A stretch of 40,000 nucleotides of DNA from Pirellula sp. (GCA_021300015.1 JAJTFB010000020.1:17552-57551); one strand, 5' to 3'; shown: positions 15,827 through 24,067, counted from the first letter of the stretch. Numbers and translations: made by a program. The notes: generated from the sequence alone by a model not told the origin.

Positions 15827-17673
15827 ACAATCGATCTCTTAGTCGGAAAATCATCTATATCCTCGCGATGGTGGCTTTGCTCTTCCCTCTGTTCTACCTA
15901 GGGAAGCCACCGACGAAGGGGTCCGGTAAGATCGCCGAACTACGAAGCCGCTACTCGATCGGCCAAGCGGACCTTGGGAAACTTGATCCGGCTAGCGAAA
16001 GCATGAAACTCGCTACCCTCGGTATGCGGGGTATCGCAGCGAGCATCCTGTGGATGCAAGCCGACCACTACAAGGAAGAAAAGTACTTCGACCGCTTCAG
16101 CGCAACACTCAACCAAATCGCGCTGCTCCAACCCCACATGATCAGCGTCTGGCAACACCAAGCCCACAACCTGAGCTACAACGTCTCGCCCGAATTCGAA
16201 GACTACCGCCAACGCTACGAATGGGTCAAAAAGGGAATCGACTACCTCGTCAAAGGAACCAAATTCAACGCGAGAAAACCGATCCTTCAATACGATTTAG
16301 GTCAGTATGTCGGTGCCAAGATGGGCAAAGCCGACGAAAAACTCCAGTACCGCGAACTTTTCCGAAACGACGATGAGTTTCATAAATACTTCGTCGAACA
16401 AGGTCTCAACGCCAAATCCGATGACGCTCTGGGACCAGACCGTAAACCCGATAACTGGTTGGTCGGAAAACAATGGTTCGAACAAGCCTACCAATTGGTC
16501 TCGGCCGGCATCGCGATCAAAAAATCTCCCCACCTGCTCTTCAGTTACGGACCGCTTTGGCAGATGTACCACGGCGAAGCCATCGAAGAAGAAGGCGTCC
16601 TCGATGAACGCGCCAAATTCGTCTGGGAGAAAGCTAGCCGCGAATGGAAAGATTTCGGTAACCGTGAATTGGCAACCACCGGCTATGTCCCGGTAACCCT
16701 CGGAAGTATCGATACGGCGCGCAAAGACGTCGAGCGACTCCAACGCCAATTCATGGACATGACCAGCGCCGGTCGCGACAAAGTCATCGAAGTCAAAAAA
16801 GCAAAATACGGTTCGAACAACCCAAGCAAAGCCAAGGCCTTCGAGAAACCCGATGACCAACGGACCACCGAAGAACGCATGTGGGCCGCCGAGTTCCAAC
16901 TGGCCGTCGAACCGACCTACCAAGAACTCGCCAACGAATTACCCCGCGACCAGCAAATCAAAGCCCTCGAACTGGCCGTCCAACTCGGCGCAGCCGAAGA
17001 GTACGCCAAGTCGACCAGCTCCCTGCGAGACCAAGTCAATTACTCCTACTGGGAAACCCGAGCCCTGGCCGAACAACAGCAGATCATGGTCGACGCTCGT
17101 CGCATGATCTACGAAGCCAATAAACTCATCGATGTCGCCGATATCAAAGGCGCAGTCGAGAAGTACGAAGAAGCTTTCGTCCGATGGGATAAAGTCTTCC
17201 GCTTCTACCCTGTGATCATGACCGAAGATGTCGGCGGGGATGTCCTCAAAGCCATCAACCGTTACAAGAAACTCATGGATGAAGACGTCGACGAGCGTTT
17301 CGTTCTCTACGAGTTCATGCTCTTCCGACGCGCCTACGACGGTGACTACCTCGACTTCAGTATCGAAAAAACCCTTTCGGAATGGAACGCCAACGCACTG
17401 AAGCTCGGGAGCCCAGAAGACTTCTTCAGCACACCGCTGGCCAAAGCCTACGGCATCTCCGACAAGTCCCCAAATCCATCCCCCGGTGACTCTCCGAGTG
17501 TTCCTGCCGAACCTAAGGCTGCCGAGCCGATGCCTGCTGAGCCGATGCCTGCCGAGCCGATGCCTGCCGAGTCGCCCGAACCTCCAAAGTCTGATAGTCC
17601 AAGCAGCTCCAGTAGCTCGATCAGTCCAACCGCACCGGCCCGTCCACCCGCCCTGGAGAACCCTGGTTCGTAA
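15823..17673 (+). CDS. Membrane-anchored hypothetical protein (helical-repeat body, Pro-rich tail), third gene of the ABC module
   Basis: The GTG start overlaps the permease stop as GTGA. It has an N-terminal TM helix IIYILAMVALLFPLFYL. The ORF is 616 aa. The C-terminus contains AEPMP x3 and a poly-Ser run. Confidence 0.75.
   Translation: MNNRSLSRKIIYILAMVALLFPLFYLGKPPTKGSGKIAELRSRYSIGQADLGKLDPASESMKLATLGMRGIAASILWMQADHYKEEKYFDRFSATLNQIALLQPHMISVWQHQAHNLSYNVSPEFEDYRQRYEWVKKGIDYLVKGTKFNARKPILQYDLGQYVGAKMGKADEKLQYRELFRNDDEFHKYFVEQGLNAKSDDALGPDRKPDNWLVGKQWFEQAYQLVSAGIAIKKSPHLLFSYGPLWQMYHGEAIEEEGVLDERAKFVWEKASREWKDFGNRELATTGYVPVTLGSIDTARKDVERLQRQFMDMTSAGRDKVIEVKKAKYGSNNPSKAKAFEKPDDQRTTEERMWAAEFQLAVEPTYQELANELPRDQQIKALELAVQLGAAEEYAKSTSSLRDQVNYSYWETRALAEQQQIMVDARRMIYEANKLIDVADIKGAVEKYEEAFVRWDKVFRFYPVIMTEDVGGDVLKAINRYKKLMDEDVDERFVLYEFMLFRRAYDGDYLDFSIEKTLSEWNANALKLGSPEDFFSTPLAKAYGISDKSPNPSPGDSPSVPAEPKAAEPMPAEPMPAEPMPAESPEPPKSDSPSSSSSSISPTAPARPPALENPGS
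17521..17571 (+). repeat. In-frame 15-nt tandem repeat (3.4 copies) encoding AEPMP
   Basis: GCCGAGCCGATGCCT occurs at 17521, 17536 (1 mismatch) and 17551, with a partial fourth copy and a degenerate copy at 17506. Confidence 0.85.
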
Positions 17674-17712
17674 CGTCGCTCTTTAAGAGCGTCGAGGCAA
17701 ACCGGCAACCTT

Positions 17713-18603
17713 ATGGGGTATCAAGACCGAGGGTATTACCAAAGCGACCAAGACCTTGATTTGCGGCCAGGCTGGAACCAACAATCGGCCGTCGCTCAAC
17801 TGATCATCCTCAATGTGATCGTCTTTGTCGTCAATCTGCTCTTTGGCAACCCTTCGCTCACGAGCCAAGGCTCGGTCAACGAAGCCCTTGCCTTGGGCTC
17901 CGATACGCTCTGGAAACCGTGGTTATGGTTCAAGACCATCACCTATGCGTTTGCCCACTCGTCGACCAACATCGGCCATATCTTCTTCAACATGCTGAGC
18001 CTCTACTTCATGGGCCGCTCGGTCGAGGCTCGCTACGGTCGGACCGAGTTCTTCAAGATCTACCTCCTGGCGGCGCTTTTCTGCGGCGTCGGCTCGATGA
18101 TCTTCCGTGGACTTGGATCCGATTCCGCAACGGTTCTTGGTGCCTCGGGCGCCGTGCTGTGCATCTCGATGCTCTTTGTCTACAACTATCCCAATGCGAC
18201 GGTCTACTTCATCGTCTTTCCGATGCCCGCCTGGGTCCTCGGGGTGATCTTTGTCCTCACGAATTTCTTTTCGAGCTCCGGACCCGGTATCGCCTACGAC
18301 GTGCACCTGCTCGGGATCCTCTTTGCCACCATGTACTTTTTCCTCGGTTGGAGTTTCACCAAGCTGCAGGATCCCCGCCAAGGAATCGAGTCGATTCAAC
18401 GATGGTGGAAAAGGCGCAAGTTCAAGCTTCATCCCCTAGACGACGATGCGTCGCTGAGCGACCAAGAACTCGAGGCCAAGGAAGCCGACCGCATCCTTGA
18501 AAAAATCCACGCCTCAGGCAAAGACTCTCTGACGGGTCGCGAAAAGAAGTTCTTGGAGAAATACTCCCAAAGCGTTAGAAATAAAAAGCGGTTGGATTCC
18601 TAG
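17713..18603 (+). CDS. Rhomboid family intramembrane serine protease
   Basis: It has GHIFFNMLSLYFMGRSVE and the catalytic-serine motif LGASGAV, with a polytopic profile. A charged, helical C-terminal tail of ~70 aa is present. Confidence 0.85.
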   Translation: MGYQDRGYYQSDQDLDLRPGWNQQSAVAQLIILNVIVFVVNLLFGNPSLTSQGSVNEALALGSDTLWKPWLWFKTITYAFAHSSTNIGHIFFNMLSLYFMGRSVEARYGRTEFFKIYLLAALFCGVGSMIFRGLGSDSATVLGASGAVLCISMLFVYNYPNATVYFIVFPMPAWVLGVIFVLTNFFSSSGPGIAYDVHLLGILFATMYFFLGWSFTKLQDPRQGIESIQRWWKRRKFKLHPLDDDASLSDQELEAKEADRILEKIHASGKDSLTGREKKFLEKYSQSVRNKKRLDS

Positions 18604-18649
18604 CCGCGTTGAACCAAGTTTCATTCCTCGTTGGAGTTGGTCAGTTTTC

Positions 18650-19936
18650 ATGTCGAGTCCAGACTCTCTGTTCCCCGTTCTACGTCGCGATATCGCTGGG
18701 CAATCGATCGAGTCGATCGTCCAACAGTACGGTACCCCATGCTACATCTATGACATGGCCACGATCGCCAAAAAGGTCGCCGATCTGAAGGCCTTCGATG
18801 TCATCCGTTACGCGCAGAAAGCCTGTTCGAATATCGCGATCCTCGATCGCTTGCGACGTCTGGGTGTAGTCGTCGATGCGGTCAGTGCCGGCGAAGTCCA
18901 ACGCGCGCTGTCGGCAGGATACGACCCACGGACCAATCCCCACTCGATTGTCTATACGGCCGATGTGTTCGACCACGAAGCCCTAGCGATCATCAAAAAA
19001 CTAGGACTGCACGTCAACTGCGGTTCCCCTGACATGATCGAGCAACTCGGACGCGCCGTTCCAGGTTCAAGTGTCACCCTGCGGATCAACCCCGGGTTCG
19101 GTCACGGCCACAGCCAAAAAACCAATACCGGCGGCCCGCAATCCAAGCATGGGATTTGGCACGACCAGATCGACGAATGCCTACGCCTGGCCGACCTGCA
19201 CAACATCGTCATCACCGGCCTCCATATGCACATCGGCTCGGGTACCGACTTGGAACACCTGTCCCAAGTCTGCGATGCACTCGAGAAGATCGCCCTGCAG
19301 ATCGGACGCACTCTGACGACCATCAGCGCCGGAGGCGGACTGCCTGTTCCTTATCGCCAAGGCCAAAGCTACGTCGACCTGGATCGCTATTACCATCTTT
19401 GGGACCAAACCCGCAACCGACTCGCCTCGGTGTTCGGACATCCACTCCGTCTGGAAATCGAACCGGGCAGGTACCTCGTCGCCGAGAGCGGCTTCCTGGT
19501 CGCCGAAATCCGCTCGGTCAAAAAGATGGGCGAGAATACGTTTTATCTGCTCGATGCAGGTTTCAACGACCTGGCGCGCCCGATCCTCTACGGTGCCTAT
19601 CACCCGATCTCCATCTGCCATCGAGGTCACCAGCCATCGGACAAAGAACTTATCGAGGTCGTCGTCGGTGGGCCCCTGTGCGAAAGCGGTGATATCTTCA
19701 CCCAAGAAGAAGGAGGCTTCGTCGCCAAACGGCAACTCCCGGTGGCCAAGGTCGGGGACTTGCTGGTCCTCGAAGTCGCCGGTGCGTACGGTTTTGTCAT
19801 GTCGAGCAACTACAACGGCCGGTTCCGAACCCCCGAATTGCTCATCGAAAACGGCTCAATCCACTGCATCCGCGCCCGGGAAACCTACGACGATCTGATC
19901 CGAGGCGAGCAGATCCCTCCTCCACCTAAGGCCTGA
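18650..19936 (+). CDS. lysA: Diaminopimelate decarboxylase
   Basis: The ORF is 428 aa. It has PCYIYD, the PLP-lysine block YAQKACSN, HIGSG, GGGL and CESGD. Confidence 0.9.
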   Translation: MSSPDSLFPVLRRDIAGQSIESIVQQYGTPCYIYDMATIAKKVADLKAFDVIRYAQKACSNIAILDRLRRLGVVVDAVSAGEVQRALSAGYDPRTNPHSIVYTADVFDHEALAIIKKLGLHVNCGSPDMIEQLGRAVPGSSVTLRINPGFGHGHSQKTNTGGPQSKHGIWHDQIDECLRLADLHNIVITGLHMHIGSGTDLEHLSQVCDALEKIALQIGRTLTTISAGGGLPVPYRQGQSYVDLDRYYHLWDQTRNRLASVFGHPLRLEIEPGRYLVAESGFLVAEIRSVKKMGENTFYLLDAGFNDLARPILYGAYHPISICHRGHQPSDKELIEVVVGGPLCESGDIFTQEEGGFVAKRQLPVAKVGDLLVLEVAGAYGFVMSSNYNGRFRTPELLIENGSIHCIRARETYDDLIRGEQIPPPPKA

Positions 19937-20083
19937 ATTCGGGGTAACCTCCCGAAAAAGTGGAACTTCAACGCCCAGGGCTTGACCCCAAAAGATTATA
20001 TTGCAGAGACTCTGGCCCATCGTGGTCCAGTCAGGTCGATCGTCGCGTGAATCCCCCAACCCGTCATTTGACAGGAGCACCGT

Positions 20084-20683
20084 ATGTCCCCCAGATCCTT
20101 CCTCAGTTCCCGTAAACTTCTCGCAGGTATCGTCGCTATGGCCATTATGTCCGCCGGTTTCGCTGAAGAAACCAACCAGCCAGCTCCACCTGCCTTGGCC
20201 TTTAGCATGAAGAACATCGACGGCCAATCGGTCGACTTGAGCAAGTACGAAGGCAAGGTCGTCCTGTTTGTCAACGTCGCCAGCAAGTGCGGCTACACCA
20301 AGCAATACACCGGCCTGCAACAACTCCACGAGAAGTACAGCTCCAAAGGACTTGCCGTCATCGGAGTTCCTTGCAACCAATTCGGTGGCCAAGAGCCAGG
20401 CTCCAACGACGAGATCAAGCAGTTCTGCTCGAGCAAGTACAGCGTCACGTTCGACATGCTCGATAAGGTCACCGTCAACGACGATGCCAAAGGCAAAGCC
20501 TGCCCCCTGTACGGCTACCTGACGGGAGTCGAAACCAAGCCCGTAGGCAAAGGCAACGTCAAATGGAACTTTGAGAAGTTCCTCGTCGACCGCAAAGGAA
20601 ACGTCGTCGGACGCTACGGCTCGGGTGTCGAGCCCATGTCGGCCGAACTGACCGCAGCGATCGAAAAGGCACTCGGCAACTAG
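20084..20683 (+). CDS. gpx: Glutathione peroxidase family protein (Cys-type), exported
   Basis: It has VASKCGYT (peroxidatic Cys), NQFGGQEPG and WNFEKFLV, plus an N-terminal signal-like segment LLAGIVAMAIMSAGFA. An AGGAG lies 6 nt upstream of the ATG. Confidence 0.9.
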   Translation: MSPRSFLSSRKLLAGIVAMAIMSAGFAEETNQPAPPALAFSMKNIDGQSVDLSKYEGKVVLFVNVASKCGYTKQYTGLQQLHEKYSSKGLAVIGVPCNQFGGQEPGSNDEIKQFCSSKYSVTFDMLDKVTVNDDAKGKACPLYGYLTGVETKPVGKGNVKWNFEKFLVDRKGNVVGRYGSGVEPMSAELTAAIEKALGN

Positions 20684-20732
20684 TCCCTAGTGCGTCTTTT
20701 GCGCATCGTCTGAAATCGCAATCGCAATCGCA

Positions 20733-20766
20733 AAGCCGGGGTGACCAAAATCACCTCGGCTTTTTT
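20733..20766 (+). terminator. Rho-independent terminator of gpx
   Basis: AGCCGGGGTGA pairs with TCACCTCGGCT (one G-U pair) around a CCAAAA loop, followed by TTTTTT. Confidence 0.8.
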
Positions 20767-21112
20767 GTCTAACAGTCTGCGGTGGCTTCAGGCTCCGATC
20801 GATTGGGGACAATCGATCTACCATCAGTGTAGAGCCATTGTCCCCAATGGCTCCGCACGAGGCGCAAGCCGCGGCGTCTTACGGCTGTTTTGGCTGTTTC
20901 GTCTAACAACTCGGGGACTGTCCCCGGGTTTCTCAGGTTTTACAGGCTGCGGTGGCTTCAGGCTCCGATCGATTGGGGACCATCGATCTACCGTCAGTGT
21001 AGAGCCATTGTCCCCAATGGCTCCGCACGAGGCGCAAGCCGCGGCGTCTTACGGCTGTTTTGGCTATTTCGTCTAACAACTCGGAGACTGTCCCCGGGTT
21101 TCTCCGGTTTGC
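20767..21112 (+). repeat. Tandem repeat: an 8-nt unit fragment plus two head-to-tail copies of a 170-nt unit
   Basis: CTGCGGTGGCTTCAGG starts at 20777 and again at 20947, giving a period of 170. There are about 4 substitutions in the first ~150 nt. Internal hairpins and a palindrome are described in the findings. Confidence 0.9.
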
Positions 21113-21203
21113 TCCGTCGGGCATAATTGCCCCAACTTACCCTAGCGGCATTCAACAAGTTTTCGTTCAGCAAAAATCCAGCCCAGACGGAGCTGCCAAT
21201 CCT

Positions 21204-23819
21204 ATGAGCCAACGCGGAGTCCTTTTCAAGCGGCAGCTCTTTACCGTCTTGACCCTGAGCCTCGGGGTCATCCTAGCGATGCTCGCCATCGGATCGCTCT
21301 CTTGGCTCGCAGGTTTGCCCGAATGGGGAAACTCAACCTACCGCAGTTGGTTGGCCATCGAGAATGTCCTTGCAAGCCTCGCTATCGCGATCCTGATCTT
21401 CCATCGACAACCATCGCTCCATCCGTACGAACGACCCTTGCCCAGCTACCGGCACACCTCCCTGGCCGGCAACGCATCGCGCCAAATCGGATGGTGGAGC
21501 CTATGGCTCCTAGCCTACCTGATGTTCACGATCCCGATCCTCCTGCAGTACCCCAACTGGCGCTGGCTCGGAATCCCCCGCGCGGCCTTGAGCCTATGGT
21601 GGCTGGCCGATCTGTGCATCGCGGGTTGGGATCTGTTCCATGATGCGGGTCGATTGCAAACGCGCGATCCTCGCACCCCGGTGGTCCACCAAACCCTCCT
21701 CGAAAAATTCCTGCGTGTCCAGCGCTCGGTCCTCTCGCTGGCCGTGTTCCTCCAATGCACCCTTTCGACGATCGCAACGAACAGCTCGCCGGTCTGGCTG
21801 ACCTACCTGTTCTGCTTGATGCTGGTCCTGGCCGCTCTGACGCTCCGGACCATGTACCAACCCTTCGATCACCGATCCCTGTTTGGCCAAAGCTTCCTGT
21901 TTCTATTTCGTTGCATCAATCGGTTCTGGGTCTGGCATGAGTTGCCCAAATGGGTCGGCATCGCCAACCTCGCTGCCCTGCGCGAGGAACTGCGCATCTA
22001 CAACCTGCACAGCACCGCTCAAGACCGAATCGCCGTGACGGATCCCACCGGACTGATCTCACCGGTACCTAGCCTCAATCCCAACCCGAATACCAGCCTC
22101 CCCCAGTGCCCCTTCTCGGGCCTCTGGCGGACCCCCGAGGGGAGTTTCAACGATCCTCAAAACCCGACCATGGGGATCGCGAGCCAATCTCCACCAGGAA
22201 CTCCCTCGACCGAATTCACGCAAAGCCATCCCGATGCCCGCTTTGGTCGAAACATGCCCTTCGAATCGCTCGAACCCCCACCCGATGCCAACTCCCGATT
22301 GCTCTGCCCGAACCCCCGCATCGTCAGTTGCAAGCTCCTGGCCCGCGATCCCCAACGACCCGACAGCACCCTCTACGCCCCAACGATCAACCTTCTGGCC
22401 GCCGCTTGGATTCAATTCCAAACCCACGGTTGGTTCAGCCACGGCACGCCCAGGGCAACCGCCGATGCCCCCCCCTTCGAGGTCGATACCCGAGAGGACC
22501 CCGAGCACGATCGCTGGCCCGATTCTCCCATGCGAGTCGAGCGGACACGATGCGATCCGACCCGACGACCCCAAGACCAACAGAACGCCCCCGAGACCTT
22601 CGTCAACTCCGAATCGCATTGGTGGGATGCATCGCAAATCTACGGCGCTCAAACCTGGAGAACCGACTCGCTGAAAAACCAAGCTTGCCCCTACCTCCAA
22701 ACGGTGCATGCCCCTACCCCCTCGGGGGATGCCAACACCGGATTTTTTGATAATTGGTGGTTGGGCCTGAGCCTCCTGCACGAACTGTTCGTCAAGGAGC
22801 ACAACGCAATCTGCGATGCGCTCGCCGCACAGTATCCGAACTGGTCGAGCGAACATCGGTTTCAAAAAGCCCGCTTGATCAACGCCGCCCTGATGGCAAA
22901 AATCCACACGATCGAATGGACGCCGGCCATCCTGGCCAACCCCATGCTCGAAAAGTCGATGAACGCCAACTGGTTCGGCCTATTCTCCGATCGGGTCCTC
23001 GATGCCTTCGGTCGACTCGGCCTGAACGAAGCCTTCTGGGGGATCCCCGATTCGGGAATCAACCACCATGCGGCCCCCTACAGCCTGACCGAGGAATTCG
23101 TCGCCGTCTATCGGATGCATTCCCTGATGCCCGATTCGATCACTCTCAAAAGCCATAAGAACCCAGACAAAGTCCAACGCTGCTCCTTGGAGGTGGGACA
23201 AGGTGCGGTGGGCCAGGAAGTCGAGTTGAAGCTCTGGGAGTCCTTCTGCGACGAGGAAGTCCTCTACTCGTTCGGTACCGAACTACCCGGTGCTCTGAGC
23301 CTCAACAACTACCCGAATTTCCTACGCCGCTTTCGAAAACCCGTTACCGGCGAACTCCTCGATCTTGCGACCATCGATATTCTGCGCGATCGAGAACGTC
23401 AAATCCCCCGATACAACCGCTTCCGAACCGAACTGAGGATGAAACCCATCCGTTCCTTCAACGAGTTCAATTCCCCTCAAGACCAAACCATCGCTGGCCG
23501 TCTGCGCGATGTCTACGGAACCCATCCCGATGGCTCCGACAAAGTCGATGACCTCGACCTGCTCGTCGGCACCCTGGCCGAAGCAAAACCCGAAGGATTC
23601 GGGTTCAGCGATACGACCTTCCGAATCTTTATCCTTATGGCATCGCGCCGACTCAAAAGCGATCGCTTCACCGCCCAAGACTTCACTCCCGATGTCTACA
23701 CCCAACTCGGACTCGACTGGGTCAACAACAACTCGATGAAGGATGTGATCCTAAGGCATCATCCCGACCTAGCCGCACCGATGTTCGGTACGACCAATGC
23801 CTTCAAACCATGGCGGTAA
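21204..23819 (+). CDS. Polytopic membrane domain fused to an alpha-dioxygenase-like haem peroxidase (cyclooxygenase-peroxidase superfamily)
   Basis: I place the start at ATG 21204 (MSQRGVLFKR); the ORF-track start at 21060 lies inside the tandem repeat. There are about 6 hydrophobic helices. The haem-domain blocks are AAWIQFQTHGWFSH, HWWDASQIYG, LLHELFVKEHNAICDAL, AKIHTIEWTPAIL, PYSLTEEFVAVYRMHSLMPD, LNNYPNFLR and DILRDRERQIPRYNRFR. Confidence 0.85.
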   Translation: MSQRGVLFKRQLFTVLTLSLGVILAMLAIGSLSWLAGLPEWGNSTYRSWLAIENVLASLAIAILIFHRQPSLHPYERPLPSYRHTSLAGNASRQIGWWSLWLLAYLMFTIPILLQYPNWRWLGIPRAALSLWWLADLCIAGWDLFHDAGRLQTRDPRTPVVHQTLLEKFLRVQRSVLSLAVFLQCTLSTIATNSSPVWLTYLFCLMLVLAALTLRTMYQPFDHRSLFGQSFLFLFRCINRFWVWHELPKWVGIANLAALREELRIYNLHSTAQDRIAVTDPTGLISPVPSLNPNPNTSLPQCPFSGLWRTPEGSFNDPQNPTMGIASQSPPGTPSTEFTQSHPDARFGRNMPFESLEPPPDANSRLLCPNPRIVSCKLLARDPQRPDSTLYAPTINLLAAAWIQFQTHGWFSHGTPRATADAPPFEVDTREDPEHDRWPDSPMRVERTRCDPTRRPQDQQNAPETFVNSESHWWDASQIYGAQTWRTDSLKNQACPYLQTVHAPTPSGDANTGFFDNWWLGLSLLHELFVKEHNAICDALAAQYPNWSSEHRFQKARLINAALMAKIHTIEWTPAILANPMLEKSMNANWFGLFSDRVLDAFGRLGLNEAFWGIPDSGINHHAAPYSLTEEFVAVYRMHSLMPDSITLKSHKNPDKVQRCSLEVGQGAVGQEVELKLWESFCDEEVLYSFGTELPGALSLNNYPNFLRRFRKPVTGELLDLATIDILRDRERQIPRYNRFRTELRMKPIRSFNEFNSPQDQTIAGRLRDVYGTHPDGSDKVDDLDLLVGTLAEAKPEGFGFSDTTFRIFILMASRRLKSDRFTAQDFTPDVYTQLGLDWVNNNSMKDVILRHHPDLAAPMFGTTNAFKPWR

Positions 23820-23851
23820 TCTGGCGAAACTTTGACGCCCAGGCCTGAGTC

Positions 23852-23907
23852 GAACCCGCAGCCAATTTTGTTGAACCCGCAGCCCATTTTGTTGAACCCG
23901 CAGCCAA
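23852..23907 (+). repeat. 21-nt direct repeat, 2.7 copies (GAACCCGCAGCCMATTTTGTT)
   Basis: The units are 23852-23872, 23873-23893 (1 mismatch) and 23894-23907 (partial). It lies in the intergenic region upstream of the 1101-aa gene. Confidence 0.9.
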
Positions 23908-23980
23908 CGGCGAGGAAGCCTTACCCAGCCATCATTTTCGGAAAAATCGGACGAGTTTGACATCCGCGCAGGCCGATAAA

Positions 23981-24044
23981 GGGAACCGGAAGTGTTCCCA
24001 CGCTCCTGGAATTCCGGAATTCTGGAATTATCGAATCCGGAGCG
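23981..24044 (+). promoter_or_regulatory. Palindrome cluster in the leader of the 1101-aa gene
   Basis: GGGAAC-N7-GTTCCC lies at 23981-23999. CGCTCC (24001-24006) and GGAGCG (24039-24044) bracket four degenerate 8-mers GGAATTCC/GGAATTCT/GGAATTAT/CGAATCCG, which include the perfect 14-nt palindrome GAATTCCGGAATTC (24009-24022). Function is not established. Confidence 0.45.
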
Positions 24045-24067
24045 GCATTGCCCGAAGGATCGATCTT

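Noticed and set aside
19937-19975. The hairpin TTCGGG-GTAACCT-CCCGAA after lysA as a terminator.
   Set aside because: It has only a 6-bp stem and is followed by AAAAG rather than a T-tract on the transcribed strand, so the support is too weak.
20767-21112. Possibility that the tandem repeat (or the 21-nt repeat at 23852-23907) is a CRISPR array.
   Set aside because: The units are directly adjacent with no unique spacers, the 170-nt unit is far too long, and no cas genes are present in the window.
20741-21203. ORFs reading through the 170-nt tandem repeat (20741-21076, 20890-21126), and the N-terminal extension of the 919-aa ORF from 21060.
   Set aside because: The reading frames merely repeat with the DNA repeat. 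The extension lacks signal or TM character, whereas ATG 21204 begins the hydrophobic domain. I therefore treat the repeat as non-coding.
22059-22907. A 282-aa minus ORF and a 214-aa plus ORF inside the DOX-like gene.
   Set aside because: They are shadow ORFs within a frame that carries contiguous haem-peroxidase blocks.
23957-24067. The TTG start at 23957 for the 1101-aa ORF.
   Set aside because: It would place 37 residues (including the translated palindrome cluster) ahead of an obvious signal peptide that begins at ATG 24068.
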